From the NCBI GenBank assembly GCA_949358305.1, contig OX442314.1:1736001-1800000 (forward strand): DNA of 64,000 nt, read 5' to 3'. Every line of letters begins with the position of its first letter. Position 1 is the stretch's first letter. Positions 48,299-61,189 of the stretch are shown here, piece by piece. The stretch comes from Strigamia acuminata (taxonomy: Eukaryota). The notes beneath the pieces were generated by a model. The model worked only from the letters and a program-made list of their open reading frames with translations. It searched no databases and was not told the DNA's origin. Position numbers and translations under genes: made by a program.

Positions 48299-51200
48299 TG
48301 TGTTCCAGTCGTTTGATATAAAGATGTAAAATGGATGTATATTTGGACGAAGGTCAAGAAGCAGCCATTGTTAAGTTGAAATTAGCATAAGTGATTTATT
48401 ACGTGAAATAATACAAGGGGCGCTCGTGTTAGCGGGCGCGTCACAAAATAACGATAAAATAAAATGGAGTCGGAACACTCCATCATCCCCTTAATTGGAA
48501 ACCAACCAAGGGAGCAATTACACAAACAAATAATTAAAATGTAATGACAAACAAATGTAACATACTTGTTGGTCAAAAGACCATTTATTTATCGATATCA
48601 AATGTCGTTCATGTTATTTAGTTCTTAGCTCGATGTAATTCGATGTATTAATTGCGTTTTATCACTTATATATGTCTAATACGGCATTTATTTATGCTTT
48701 TGTGCTGTCACATACGTAATTCCGTATGATTTGTATTGTTATCTATGAGATTCATTCTTTTCTTAACTTTAATGTTGTTTTCCGGCACCAGAGTGCCCAC
48801 ATTGTATTCAATCTGTAACCAAGATGGCAGACATCTCAGTTAGAGCTTTCCTGCCAATTTTCTCTCCAATATGTAAGTTAATTTTGTTTTCAATGATTAA
48901 ATAGAATTATATTTTGTTTTAACTCGTTTTACACGTTTGTATAAGTGTAAAACACTTCTTTGCATTGTATTTCGGCGCCGCATTTCACGATACGGATGCG
49001 TATCGTTCGTCGCTCATTTGCGAACATCGGCGACGCCATTTCCGTTATCGGAATTAACCGTCGCATATTTGCGACGCCATTTGCACGCTTCCCGGCGATA
49101 TTTCGCCAATATCTGCGCCCCTCTGTCCTACAATACTAAGATCGAATTACAATAAAACAAATCAACTAAACAAATTACAAACTCAATCCATAATTTAAAT
49201 TCACTGGAAAACCGTAAAATCGCGTTGGCTTTCTTTTCCTGGCTGGCCGTACAATGCGAGCTGCTTGCGGAGGTTATTGAGGCAAGGACTGAAGCGCAGG
49301 AGGTGACGGCGGAAGAGGAGGAAGCAACGGAATAGGAAATCTCGGAGGTGAGTTAGGAATTGGAATAGGCATATTTGGCTGGGGTTGGTCAGGAGCCGCG
49401 AGTTGAGGTTGAGCTTGAACAATTGGCGGAATCTCAGTGGAGTTCTGAGGCACAACAAATGTGCCCAAATGACGCTCATCCCCTTCAATTGAGCGAGAAG
49501 GCAAAATTACAGTTCGTTTACGCAATTCCTTTTCAAGCGCCGGCGGTGCCACGTTGTACCGGCCAATTTCGTCGCGGAAAACGTGTTTATGTTTGTCCAA
49601 AATCGTCCGCAACCTCTCGCGATCAGCTGCACTGGCGGAGCACTGCGGCGCAGCATCTTTAGCTGCCGCAGCCACAGGAGGGGCCGATTCGTACGCAGGG
49701 GCAGCAACAGTCGACAGCGGAGACGGATCGTCTTGCGGCGCAGGAAACACTTCTACCTCGCGAGTTGGAGCGATGGTGGCGGCCAATTCCAAGTTGTTTG
49801 GATCTGCAGCCCGCTGTCGAGTCGCACGTTTGCTAGCGAGTTTCGGAGGAACACCGGCAGCAGCACGATAAATTACGGAACGAAGGGCCGCACCAGCAGC
49901 GTGCAGCAAACCGAATTCGTCCATCCAGTCACGTTCCAGCAACGGAACTTGACCGTGTTCGGCCACACACAACGGCAATTCGCGTGTTTTCCCGTCGTAC
50001 GTAACTGGAACGATGCACACGCCCGTCATCGGCAAAGAATGGCCATCGTACGACGATAATTCAGTGGAAAGTGGCTTGATCTGGAACTGAGAAAAATATT
50101 TATTATGCATCGTGCGACTGACGATCGTCGCTCCAGCTCCAGTGTCAATTTCCATCCACAAAAGCGTTTGAGCAATTCGCAGCTCGAGAACGAGTGGTTT
50201 GGTCTGCCTTATGGACACTTCATTCACCGCGATCGAGGTTTTAGGCTTCCTCGTACGAACGGTGTTAAATGTCAACTTGCGAGGTGCTGACACGGTGGTG
50301 TGGTGAGCGGACGCTGAAAGCTTGGTAGCTCGACAGATGGGCTTAATGTGCCCCTCAATGCCGCAGCCATGGCACTTTGCATTGCGGAATCTACACTCAT
50401 CGTGGCGGTGTTCCGACCTGCCGGAATGTTTACACTTTACATTTTCGTGTTGCGACTGGGGACGATCCGACTGCTCTTGAGATGATCCAGTGGTGCCCCT
50501 CGAGGAGCGTTTGCCACTTCTAAGCGAGTTCACGACGTTTCTGGAGGAGTTCCCGCCCTTATTAACGTGATGCACCGACTGTTGGGAGTCCACGAAGGAG
50601 GAAACATCTGCTCCGGCGATTTCTGCTGACATGGCCGTCTCGAGGGCTTTCTCAAAGGTGAGATTCTTTTCAAGATACAGCGTCTCTTGAACGTTACGCA
50701 TATTTAAACCGACAATAAATTGGTTGCGCAGCTCGTTATTCTGGGTGTCGCCAAACTCACAATATTTTGTAAGTGTGTGCAAAGCACTCGCGAATTCGGC
50801 CACGGATTCCCCTTTATTTCGCTTCCTATTTCGGAAACGGACGATTTTGCCTTGAGCAATCGGTTTTGGCTTTTGGTGTGTCTTCATCAATGCGATCAGG
50901 TCCGCGTACTTCAGTTCCGTCGGAGCCTTCGGCCGCGCCAAATCCACTATTTTGGTGAAAGTGGCCATTCCCATGCACGCTAAGAGTGTGTTCACCTTAT
51001 CGGCGTCCTCGACGACTTTGTTGCATGAGAAAACGCACCCCATTTGCATGACGTACGTCTTCCAGTCGTCGAGCAGGTTATATTTCTCGAGAGTACCGAT
51101 TAGCGGCATATTTGCACGAAAATTTTCCAAAAAGCACACGAAAAACTCACAAAGTCGAAAGCGGGCCTAACGGTCAACGCGTGGTCACGGGCGTACGGTC

Positions 51201-51476
51201 AGCGGCGAAAATCTCATCAAAACTTGACAAGAAAACACAAAAGTTCATAACAGTTGATGGATTCAATTTGTACTCATCTCTCGTCGCCAATTAATGTGTT
51301 CTCTGCAGTTGATGTCTCGATAAAGTTGGAAATTAGTGCTTGTTAGTTAAGAAGCAGCCATGTTTGATGGTGGAATTAACATAAGTGTTTTATTACGTGA
51401 ATTAATACAGGGGGCGCTCGTGTTAGCGGGCGCGTCACAAAATAACGATAAAATAAAATGGAGTCGGAACACTCCA
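48299..51476 (-). mobile_element. Ty3/Gypsy LTR element 2, Gag-protease only, chimeric 3' LTR
   Basis: LTRs 48299-48482 and 51295-51476; PBS TGGCGACGAG; PPT AATTAAGGGGA. ORF 51139-49274 with Gag, CHGCGIEGHIKPIC, MEIDTGAG; no RT/IN core; no TSD. Confidence 0.9.
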
Positions 51477-51810
51477 AGATGTCTTCTTAAAACCCCACTT
51501 TGAATGCACGAATAATCACACAAATGGCACTTGAATGGTTTTTCTCCTAAATGGGTTAATCGATGACTCTTTAAATTTCCATTTTGATTGCAAGAATAAT
51601 CACATAAATGGCACTTGAATGGTTTTTCTCCAGTGTGAATTCGCATGTGGACAGTCAAGTAAGTTTTAAGTCGAAATGAAAGTGAACACATTTGACATTT
51701 GAACGGCTTTTCACCAGTGTGTTTAAGCATGTGCTGTTGCAATCGGCAAATGTATGCACAGGAATAATCACACAGATTGCAATTGTAATCCTCACGTGTT
51801 CTCTTGATTT
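51477..51810 (-). pseudogene. Third zinc-finger copy, truncated by Gypsy element 2
   Basis: Four fingers homologous to 11365 onward; ATG replaced by ATC; cut at RRH|LTR. Confidence 0.85.
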
Positions 51811-52186
51811 TTTTTTACTTTAGTGACAATGACACTGAAATGAACGTAGTCTGAAATGAAAAAAATAATACTAATTAGGTTCGATAACTATATAGGACAC
51901 ACTTTAAATAATATTGGTATGTACAACAGAAAAAACGCGGAAAAACGCTAATGGGTCGAATTCAGTTAGGCGAGTTAGGCCTAACGTTCGATGCACGATT
52001 GCTCTTAACTTCATAAACCGTAAAAACATCCAATAATACCCCAAAAAAATGTGATTTATCTACTCTCCTATCTTTACCCTGATCTGCTTACACTTTGGAA
52101 GCTTTCACACGTAATAAACATGCATTTAATCGAGGAAGAACGAAAAAGTCGATAAACCAAAATACAATAAGATAGAGCAAACGGCG

Positions 52187-52200
52187 GTTGCCATAGAAAC
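52187..52200. promoter_or_regulatory. Canonical RFX X-box GTTGCCATAGAAAC
   Basis: Same position relative to the zinc-finger copy as the motif at 10546. Confidence 0.5.
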
Positions 52201-52844
52201 TACAAGTGCATATTAGCGCCGACTAGTGAAAACATTTAAAAAAAACACAATGCAGCAAATGAGCAAAGGCATAAACACAACAAATTGAATGCCGGGCCCG
52301 GATGTTGTAACGCTCCACCAAGTTGCCTCGAAGAAACCACGAGAATTTGCGATTTCGGACGACTCGACCTGTTGTCAAGAGCTAATCGTTTTTAATCCTC
52401 TCAAATGGTTTATCTTAAACGTTGGAAATTGCTCGTATGACAAGCTTTAAGTTAATCTTTTAAACTTTATTTCAAAGCTAATGAAAATAATCCTTGCTTC
52501 ACTGCAATGCTTTGAAATAATTGCTCAATTTCATGTTCATGAATAAATAAACGGGAAAATAAATGACATTTGATTCACGAATTAAAAATTGTTAGAAAAG
52601 TTAATTTTTTAAGTTAATTTTTATCTTTTTTCAATTAAATTCAAGCATTTGCAATGTGCATTCAATTTGTAGTTTGGGACTGCATGTCTGCTGGTTACAC
52701 ACGGGTATATTTTGCCTGGCCTTTTTTGCAAAAAAAACACAAAACAATTGTGTAAAACACCGAGTTGCAACGCATTAGGCATTACCAGTTTTGGCATTTT
52801 CCAGTTTTCAAGAAATTGAATAATTTTAATTCTTTTCCGTAATC

Positions 52845-53422
52845 ATGTGCACAAAGTGTACACTCGTGGCATTCACTTTGCAAGTGTTCTTCTCAAGTTT
52901 AAGTTCTTTTCAATCAACAGATGAAAGCTACGTAGCGGCTTACAATCCTGCAACCCAAATGTGTTGCTCCGCCAGTGTTTCCAACATTCTCTAATTCGTA
53001 CCACAAGTGTTGCGGATCGTCCAAAATAGATGAAAAGAGACAGGTTTGCTGTGACGGCAAAGCGTATCCTTTGAAAATCGGCATGTTCAAACAAATTTGT
53101 TGCGAGGACAGCGTTTTTAGTCGGGTTCAAACCCAAACACGTTGCGGGAACAAGCTTTACGACTCTGGGAAATACATTTGCTGCAGGGGTGTTGTCAAGA
53201 ATATCACGGATCAGGGCTCGGAAACTCATTGTGGTTACAGCGATGACGTAACGTAACTTTACTCGTGCAAAAAATGAAAAACAAACCAAACAGATTTTAA
53301 TTATTATTACTATCAGATGTAATATACCGAGCGCGATGTGTAGTTGTCAGCACGAATGCCCGTTGATATTACTACGACAAGTTGATGGCCCAAATTGGCT
53401 AGTCAGCATTTTCAGTGGATAA
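52845..53422 (+). pseudogene. Secreted galaxin-like Cys-Cys repeat protein with one frameshift
   Basis: Hydrophobic leader MCTKCTLVAFTLQVFFS; repeats YNPATQMCC, HKCCG, RQVCCDG, QICC, CGNKLYDSGKYICC; frameshift ~52973; probable second exon from 53317. Confidence 0.6.
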
Positions 53423-53994
53423 ACGACGCGATTTACTGTAAACACAATGGTTTGCCTTACTTACATAAAGCATCAAAGAACAAAAATTTGTCTCTATTTT
53501 TCGAATTGACACACGTTTGGTTTAAGTTTAAATTTATTTGCTGAATTTGATTCTGAATTTTAACCTTTACCTTGAATAATTAGAGAAATTAATTTTTTGG
53601 GTCAAAAATTTAATTGTGGGCTTTTTAGTAGTACACTGGAGAACACTGCAGTGTATAACAAGAATTGTTGCACAGGAAAATCGCATCAGTACCTGTATTC
53701 AAAAATTAAAATAACAATTTTAGTTTAAGTGTATTTTAAGTTTTAACATGGGTTTAAACCGGAAATGATGTCATTTTTGGTTTAAAATTTAAGTAACACA
53801 CAAAATATTTTAGTTTTTGAATGCAGCTAGTGTTTTCTTTTACCATGTGCTACCATTCACAGGTATCATAAATTCTAGTTAAATTGGCAATGGTTTGTCA
53901 AAAGTGGATGATCTCGTCATTCTGAACGAGTTAAAACCGATGTTGACTTCATAGGTTAAGCATGTTGTCGGATTTGTTTAAATTCTTTTACTCG

Positions 53995-54350
53995 GTCGTG
54001 ATTGGCTGCACCTTGTGATTCTTCCACGGTCACGGGATACGATATGACGTCGTAAGTCATCAAAAACCCAACTGTATCGTTGATGCACGCTATTTTTACC
54101 AGACGCAAGGATGCGTCGCACTTGGCGGGAATTGTTTTTCATTTTCACCTTCAAAAGTGACTGCAGCGGAGAGAGAGAGAGATAGAGGTCCATCTGGCGG
54201 CGATAAAATGAAGCAGAAAACCGAGAGATTGGAAAAGGAGTTGAAGCGCGTGCAGTGTGAATTAAGCCAGCAGAAGAGGAAAGCCGAGGAAACGTTGAAA
54301 CAAGGCTGAAGGAGAAGGAAGAAGAATTTGAAAATAAAATGGCCAAAAAA
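53995..54350 (+). pseudogene. Internally deleted RNF8-like copy (promoter, part of FHA, coiled coil)
   Basis: Stitched matches to 17090-17150, 17412-17468 and 17660-17870. Confidence 0.85.
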
Positions 54351-54381
54351 AATTTCTTTATTATTTTCTATTATTTTTCTA

Positions 54382-57300
54382 TTATTTTCTATTATTGAAT
54401 AAGAAAAGATAAAGAAAGAGCGCAACAATACTGACAAATGACAATTGAATGAAAAAATTTAAATAATGGTCTTCGTCGTATCCTCCTCCTTCCTCTTCCT
54501 CTTCTTCCTCTTCTTCCTCTTCTTCCTCTTCTTCCTCTTCTTCCTCTTCTTCCTCTTCTTCCTCTTCTTCCTCTTCTTCCTCTTCTTCCTCTTCCTCCTC
54601 CTCTTCCTCCTCTTCCTCCTCTTCCTCTTCCTCTTCTTCTTCCTCTTCTTCTTCCTCTTCTTCTTCCTGCTGCTGCTGCATGAGTCGCTGGAAGACAATT
54701 TGGCCAAACTCGTTGACCATGGGCATAAAGCCCTGCGCGTACTGCTGCTGGGACTTCTGCAGGGCCTCGAACGACGTTTTGGTCGGGTCGTGGCGCAGCT
54801 CGACCGCCTGCGCTTCCGGATGCATCTCGATGTACTCTTGCTTCGCCCTCTTGGCGCCCTGCTCCACCTCCAGCCGGTGCATTTCGGCGTCGTTCGATAA
54901 TTGAGGACACCTGAAGTTGATTAATTCATCAATTGGCATTCCATTTCAATCATTAACTCACCCTCCATTGTCGAAATGCGTGTAGTCCTTGATAGCCTCG
55001 CGACACACGTAGCAGAAGATCTGGCCGCACGTGCATGTCATCTTGTTGCAGCCGTGTTCTTTGATGATGCGCCGTTTGCATTTGGGACACGTGCGCACCA
55101 ACGCGTCCGTCATCTGATCCTCGACGTACGTGCGGAACTGCATTTCCTGTTTCTGCTCGATCTCGTCGCAGCGCAGCGGGAGGTGGTTCGGTTTCTTGCA
55201 CAACCTTCATTCATAAACTAAATTAGCATTTCATTTATTCCTTTTTTCATTTTTACATCACCTGCACGTCACTTTGAGACATTCCGGGTTGAGGCAGCGG
55301 AAGATCTTGAGGTCCGCGTCCGGAATGATGGTGCAAAACGAGCAGTGAGGACACGACTCGAGATCCGGGATGTCGGCGCGCCGGATCTCCTCCTCCTGCA
55401 TCTTGCGCACGACGTTTGAAAAAACATTGGGCGCTAAAACATCCCGCAGCACGACGGGCGGGAACTTGCGTTCGCAGTATGGGCCGAGGCAGGGGAAGTG
55501 GTAATTGCCCTGGCCGATCTGCACCTCGGCGTGACGCCGGATGCACGATCTGCAGAACAAGTGCCCGTCCGTGCACTGCAGCATGTCCTCCAAGAGCACT
55601 TCGTCCTCGAAGCAGCAACTGCACTCCATCAGTTCGTCGTTTGCCTTCGCCACTTCGATTTTACTCAGTTGTTCCGCCTCCTTGTCCTTCTTGTATTCTA
55701 GAAAAGGAATGACTCGCAATTGCACGACACGATTTTTGCTCTTTAAACTGTACGAATGATCCTGTCTTCCATCTCGATGAACAACTTCTCTTTGTAGAAG
55801 AGTTCGTCAATTTGTTGTGGCATGACTTTCAGGGGGCTCATCGCCTTCTTTTTGCTCACTTTCTTCCTCCTTTTCTTGATTAACGGTTCTGTAATCAATC
55901 GAATTAATCAATAAGTACCGGACAGTCACAATTTGTTATTTTCGTTTGATGAATTCACTGCATGCTGTTTAAACTGAGGTTTATCGATATGCCGGTAAAA
56001 CTCGAACTACACCGGCAAGCATGCTAATGTGAGGTAATACGGTACTGCGCATCCCATCATGCGCAGGCAATTTTCTAATTCCAGTTGTTATTTACACTGG
56101 AAAAAAAATCAGATTTACTCACTTGTAAAGAATTGTAAATATATAGGTAGATGGATTTTACAAGTTTGTAAATTAGATTTACAAACAATTGAAAATAAGT
56201 CTTTTCCAAACATATTTACAATCTGGAAAGAGACCATTTCCAAGACTTTTTTTACAATAACTTTACAAACATTTTCAATTGTGTAATTATAAAATTTCAT
56301 AATATATTTCCAATGTATTTCCCATGTATTTCCAATGTATTTTCAACATATTTCCAATATAAAAAATTTACTACCCTCCATTTTGAAAAATTTAAATACA
56401 CTAACTCAATTTTTTTTTTTTTAGTTAAGCTGTTTGACTTTTTTTCAATTACCATTCAACAATTAGTTTTCATTAATTTCATCACTATTTAGATGTTTTA
56501 TTGACAGTTTTATTCAAATTTATTTATCTTAAAGTTTTCTTTTTTCTTACCATGACCTCTGTCAGAATTGAACCTGGGACCCTTTGTTCCAAAGACCACT
56601 GCTCTGTCCACTAGGCTAGTATGACTTGAAATAGTTTATGCATAACTTCCTATATATAGTAACTTCTTTGTTAAATAATCTATTTGAGATTGATTGTATT
56701 AAAAATACAATCAATCTCACATTGATTATTTGTAGAGGAATCGGATTGTTTCATCGACGGTACGTTTCATCGACACGTATTTTTCCGTCCCTGCGCCCTG
56801 ATTGGCCCGATTTCGTATTGTCCATGTCGGTTCGAAATTGGACCGTTTTATACATTATTTTCTCTTCTGAGTTCAAATTTGACACAATTTTATTGTTCCT
56901 GACAGTATTTTACCTTGTTCTTGTTACTTTTCAGATATTTAAATGTTACATTTAAATTTCAAGTATTTTCTTGCTTTTACATTATGTTTACAATCATTGT
57001 GCAATGAAGTTTACAACACATTTCCATCTAAAAGAAAATTGATTGGAAACATAACATTTCAAACAAAAGATTTACAACTAATTGAAAATGAGTTTTCATC
57101 TCTAGGATTTACTACACATTTTCAGAAGTTTGGAAATATATAAATATTTCCAACACATTTCCAACAAATTTCCACATCATAGTAAATTCAACTTTTCCAT
57201 ATAAATTTTCAACTTGGAAATGTTTGAAAATATGCTTTTTTTTCCAGTGTTAGCAGTATTAAGCTTAATATTAGACTTAATAATGCTAAAATAAAGTAAA

Positions 57301-58275
57301 TAAACAACAATAAACTCTACTTTAAAAGTAATTCACACTGTATGACCATTGTTGTTTATTTGACCAGACGGTCACAATTTGTTACTTTCGTTTGATTAAT
57401 TCACCGTCAGTGGGGGAAACGTTCCAGAGCGCATTCATCTCTTTCATGATGGGCGTGAGGTGAAAACGGTGTTTCTCCATCACTTGCGTCAAATCGTTTT
57501 TGTACGCGTATCGGAACTGGTTACTGACGTAGCATTCGACGTGCAACCGGTACGACGCACTCACGACTCGGTCGTCGTTTTTGAAGTAGTTCTCCGGGTC
57601 TGGGAACATCTCCAGAAATTCCTCAACGCTGAACTTGCTGCAAAATAAATTCGGGGAAAATGATGACAAAAATCAATACAAACAACGACAAGTCATGAAA
57701 AAAAAACATTAAAAGCACTTTGTTCATAGGAACACTATCAAACGAAATAAAATAGACAAATTAAGTTGAAAACCTTTCGACCAATTTCCGCTTGACCGCC
57801 GCCTTTTGAGATTCGGCCAACTTGGGATACGAACGACTTTCCAACCACCCGTTAACCGTCGCGTTTATGTAATTCACATCGTTCTTCCATCTCTCCAGAA
57901 AAGTGCGCAGGTATTCGGGATCAGCATCCGGAAACAGCTCCAAAACCGAGTTCACTTTCTCCATCGTTGCCGACACGTGGTTACTCTTTTCGGTCGAAGA
58001 CGACGCGATTGCTTGCGGTCCGTTATTCCCGGCATTCGGGGCTGTGTTCGTCACAGGAAACGGCGCCGGCCCGTTCATTCCGAGAAACTCGCCGATGACT
58101 AAGCGCACCCGGTTGGGATTAATTTAGGACGAAATACTTCTGTGATGTCGTTTCTTTCAACTTCCTGCTGTGGCGCGGGCGCAACGGCAATCATGCCGGG
58201 AATGTACGAAATGTCGTCGTTGTCATTGTCATCGTCGCTGGTGTAGTGGGATTTAAAAAATTTAACTTTTTTCAT
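54382..58275 (-). CDS. RNF216: RNF216/TRIAD3-like RBR E3 ligase with a 59-Glu tract and hydrophobic C-tail; deletion across intron 1/exon 2
   Basis: Exons 58275-58137, ~58115-57774, 57637-57405, 55888-55754, 55697-55262, 55204-54962, 54910-54382. RING1 ECSCC...QCTDGHLFCRSC, IBR CPHC...CLNPEC...CRLC...H...C, RING2 CPKC...EHGCNKMTCTCG...CYVC with the catalytic Cys. Confidence 0.85.
54490..54666 (-). repeat. GAA/GAG coding repeat (59 Glu)
   Basis: 177 nt, largely 9-nt GAAGAGGAA units. Confidence 0.95.
56095..57249. mobile_element. MITE-like intronic insertion (CACTGGAAAAAAAA termini)
   Basis: Inverted termini; TSD unclear. Confidence 0.55.
56553..56625 (-). mobile_element. tRNA-derived (SINE-head-like) sequence
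   Basis: A-box TAGCCTAGTGG and B-box GGTTCAATTC at tRNA spacing; poor stems. Confidence 0.5.
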
Positions 58276-58950
58276 CGTTTTTCATTCTTAAATTACGAAA
58301 TCAGATGGTTTTTTGTTGATATCCATAACTGTTCCACTCTGTGAATAGAAACGGCAAGTCAGGACGGGTTTTGCACGAATTACTTGGATTTTCACCTGGA
58401 AATTTGATGCGATGAAGTTCGAGCGTCAACTGAGACAGGGTGGTCGAAAAGTCAAAAAAGTCGAAAAAACATTTGTTGCATGACGAACCCGAAATAGGCT
58501 TTCAGGTCTAGATTTGGAAATGGAAGCCAAAAGTTATGAGATGACCGTTGTTCTATTTGTTTTGTATTAAACAAAACAAAATATCGTTCTTATCCTTTTT
58601 ATTATTTTAGTTGCAAAACTATTGTTAATATTTTCATTATTACTATTATTATTATTATTCGTGGAACGATTTCAAGGATTTTGAGCAAAACGAGCGGATC
58701 GAGGTTGCCAGGCGACTCCAGCTTAGCAGCTCAACATTATTTTATGTAAGTATTGTTGCAATACCGAATTCAATGGCGAAAACATAAAAATGAAATCTGT
58801 TTTGGATCGCCCGAGTTTAAACATATTTCACAACCATTGTTACGATCGTCGTATCATCTGACCTCAGGTTTTTTAAACACACCGCTGTGTTCATTTTAAA
58901 TCGTTTTTATACAGGACAGAATAATAGATTGGAAATAAGTTTCAAGCTTA
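58276..58950. repeat. Duplicate of the RNF216 upstream region at 692-1275
   Basis: Colinear high similarity with indels. Confidence 0.9.
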
Positions 58951-58954
58951 AGCA

Positions 58955-59645
58955 AAAACAAGGAAGAGCAGCGCCTGAGTAAATTCGAAGTGGCGAAGGC
59001 AAACGACGAACTGATGGAGTGCAGTTGCTGCTTCGAAGACGAAGTGCTCATGGAGGACATGCTGCAGTGCACGGACGGTCACTTGTTCTGCAGGACGTGC
59101 GTACGGCGTCAGGCAGAGATGCACATCGGCCTGGGCAAGTACGAGTTCCCGTGCATCGACCTATACTGCAAGAGCGAGTTCCCGCTGATGGTGCTTTAGA
59201 ACGTTTGACCGCCCAAGGTATTTTCTAACGTCATGCGCAAGATTCAGGAAGATGAGATCCAGCGTGTTGACATCCCGGACCTCGAGTGGTGTCCGAATTG
59301 TTCTTTCTCCACTCCCATGGCAAACGCCAACGTCATGATCTTCCGCTGCCTGAACCCGGAATATCTCAAAGTGACGTGCAAGTGAAAAGAAAATAAATAA
59401 AAACAAAAAATTGTTTTTTAGTGTTAATTAATTTTCTTTAAAAAGACTTTGCAAGGAACCGAACCACCTTCCGCTACGTGTGTCACGAGGCCATCGAGAA
59501 CTACAAGCATTTCGAGAACGGAAGGTGAGTTAATGACTGATGAGTCACAAAGGTTAATCAATCGCATTTCAACTCACTCGTCAGGTGTCGACGATGAACT
59601 GCATCGGCTGGAGGTGCAGGAGAGCCCAAAGAAGGCGAAGAGACT
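58955..59645 (+). pseudogene. Inverted RNF216-like RING1-IBR fragment with RING2 deleted
   Basis: VAKANDELMECSCCFEDEV...; stop at 59197; CKEPNHLP joined to CYVCHEAI; splice sites damaged. Confidence 0.9.
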
Positions 59646-60699
59646 GAAATTTGATAAAATAGTTTAAAGAATTGAGATGACTGAAATTCAACGTTTTCTT
59701 TTCTGTTCATTGAATTTTCATTCTTTTCTGTTCCTCTAGGAGGAGAGGAAGAAGAAGATAAATATATTTTTTTACTTTTGGAGAAACCGGACTCCTTTCA
59801 ACCATGATTTCCTTTCGATTTTTTCAGATTTGTTCCGATTTCAGGAATACTTTTTACTACAACAGGATTATTTTTGATCAGGAAAATTTTCGACCAGGAT
59901 TTCTTTTGACTGGGAAAATTTCCGACTTGGTTGAAAGGAATTCTGATCAAAAAATGACGGGCAAAAACCGCGTTATATTGAATTTAAAATTGAAAACACC
60001 CCCTTGATACTGCACTGCATCGCACAAAGAATAAAAAAAATGGAGGATGTTGCGCCGATGCGTAGGATCAAGAAAAAAAAATAAGATCAAAAAATTAAAT
60101 TTAAAGAATAATTCATGAAATTTTCAGTGGTTACCCACTAATTTCATATTCAATCTCAATTAATTTTGTTACGCACCTTTTGCAAACAACAAATTGGTTA
60201 AATTTCAACATAAAAATGAAATATTCAGAGATTAGAATCATTTTAAAACATTTTTGCAATTTTTTTTTACCGGGCACCACCAGAAAAATAAACAGTTTAG
60301 CAATATTGCAAATAAACAAAGTAAACAGATGTTAAATAAAGAAAAAGTGATTACAAAATTGGTGTTTTAAAATAGATTTGTTTACTTGGTGGCTCAGTGT
60401 TTCAGTTCGAGAAAGCCGTTTGGTTTTATCTTCAAATGGAAATATGGAGGCGCATATCGTTTTTGTTGGTCGAATGGTTGCGACCGATCGATCTCTGTCT
60501 AGCGGTCCATCTGCCGACGAAATTCAACTTTGTATCAACAAACAAACACAAATCAAACACAACGGCACGAGTTCAGCGCGCGCAATTTCAAATTCATCTC
60601 ATCGAGCCGAAGTTTCGGCTTTCATTTTCGAATGTCGACGAAAAGGGTTAAGAGCCTTTCGGATTTTTTGGCACGATTTTTTAATTTAATCATGAAAAT

Positions 60700-61150
60700 C
60701 GATGAAAAGAGGTGAATTTTTAAAATCCCGCCACAGCAACGACGATGGACAACGACGGCGACGACGTTGCTGATCGTCCGTCCATTCCCGGCATGATCGC
60801 CGTTGCGCCCGCGCCAGATCGTGAAATCGACACTACACAAGTATTTCATCCTAAATTAATCCTCACTATCAAACAAAGTAATTAAAAGGGATTTAATTTA
60901 TATGTAAGAAGTAGCTACGATCGTTAACACCCTTCGTGAGCTGTATTGGGATTTCGTGGCAGATCCGAACGAGGTTTAAGCGTTGCTTGAATCAGAGCGC
61001 AAATCCCAACAGGAGGGGAACATCGTGATCGATCGATCGGATGCTTACCAAATGGCTGAAGGACCCCGAAGAAGCGCCCTTGAACATCCCGGACGAAAAG
61101 AAAGCGGACAAATACGACGAATTGCTCAACGACGTGGAGGTCGTGAGCAC
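60700..61150 (+). pseudogene. RNF216-like exon 1-2 fragment
   Basis: PSIPGMIAVAPAP, intron, then ...DKYDELLNDVEVVS; stops and frameshifts. Confidence 0.8.
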
Positions 61151-61189
61151 ATAAAATAAACAAAACAAACCAAATAACTAAGCTATAAA

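Noticed and set aside
54392..54910. Poly-Arg/Gly, poly-Lys/Arg and poly-Phe/Leu ORFs
   Set aside because: Alternative frames and strand of the Glu repeat; only the Glu frame continues the RBR gene.
56553..56625. Functional tRNA gene
   Set aside because: A and B boxes are present but the acceptor and anticodon stems do not pair; listed as SINE-like.
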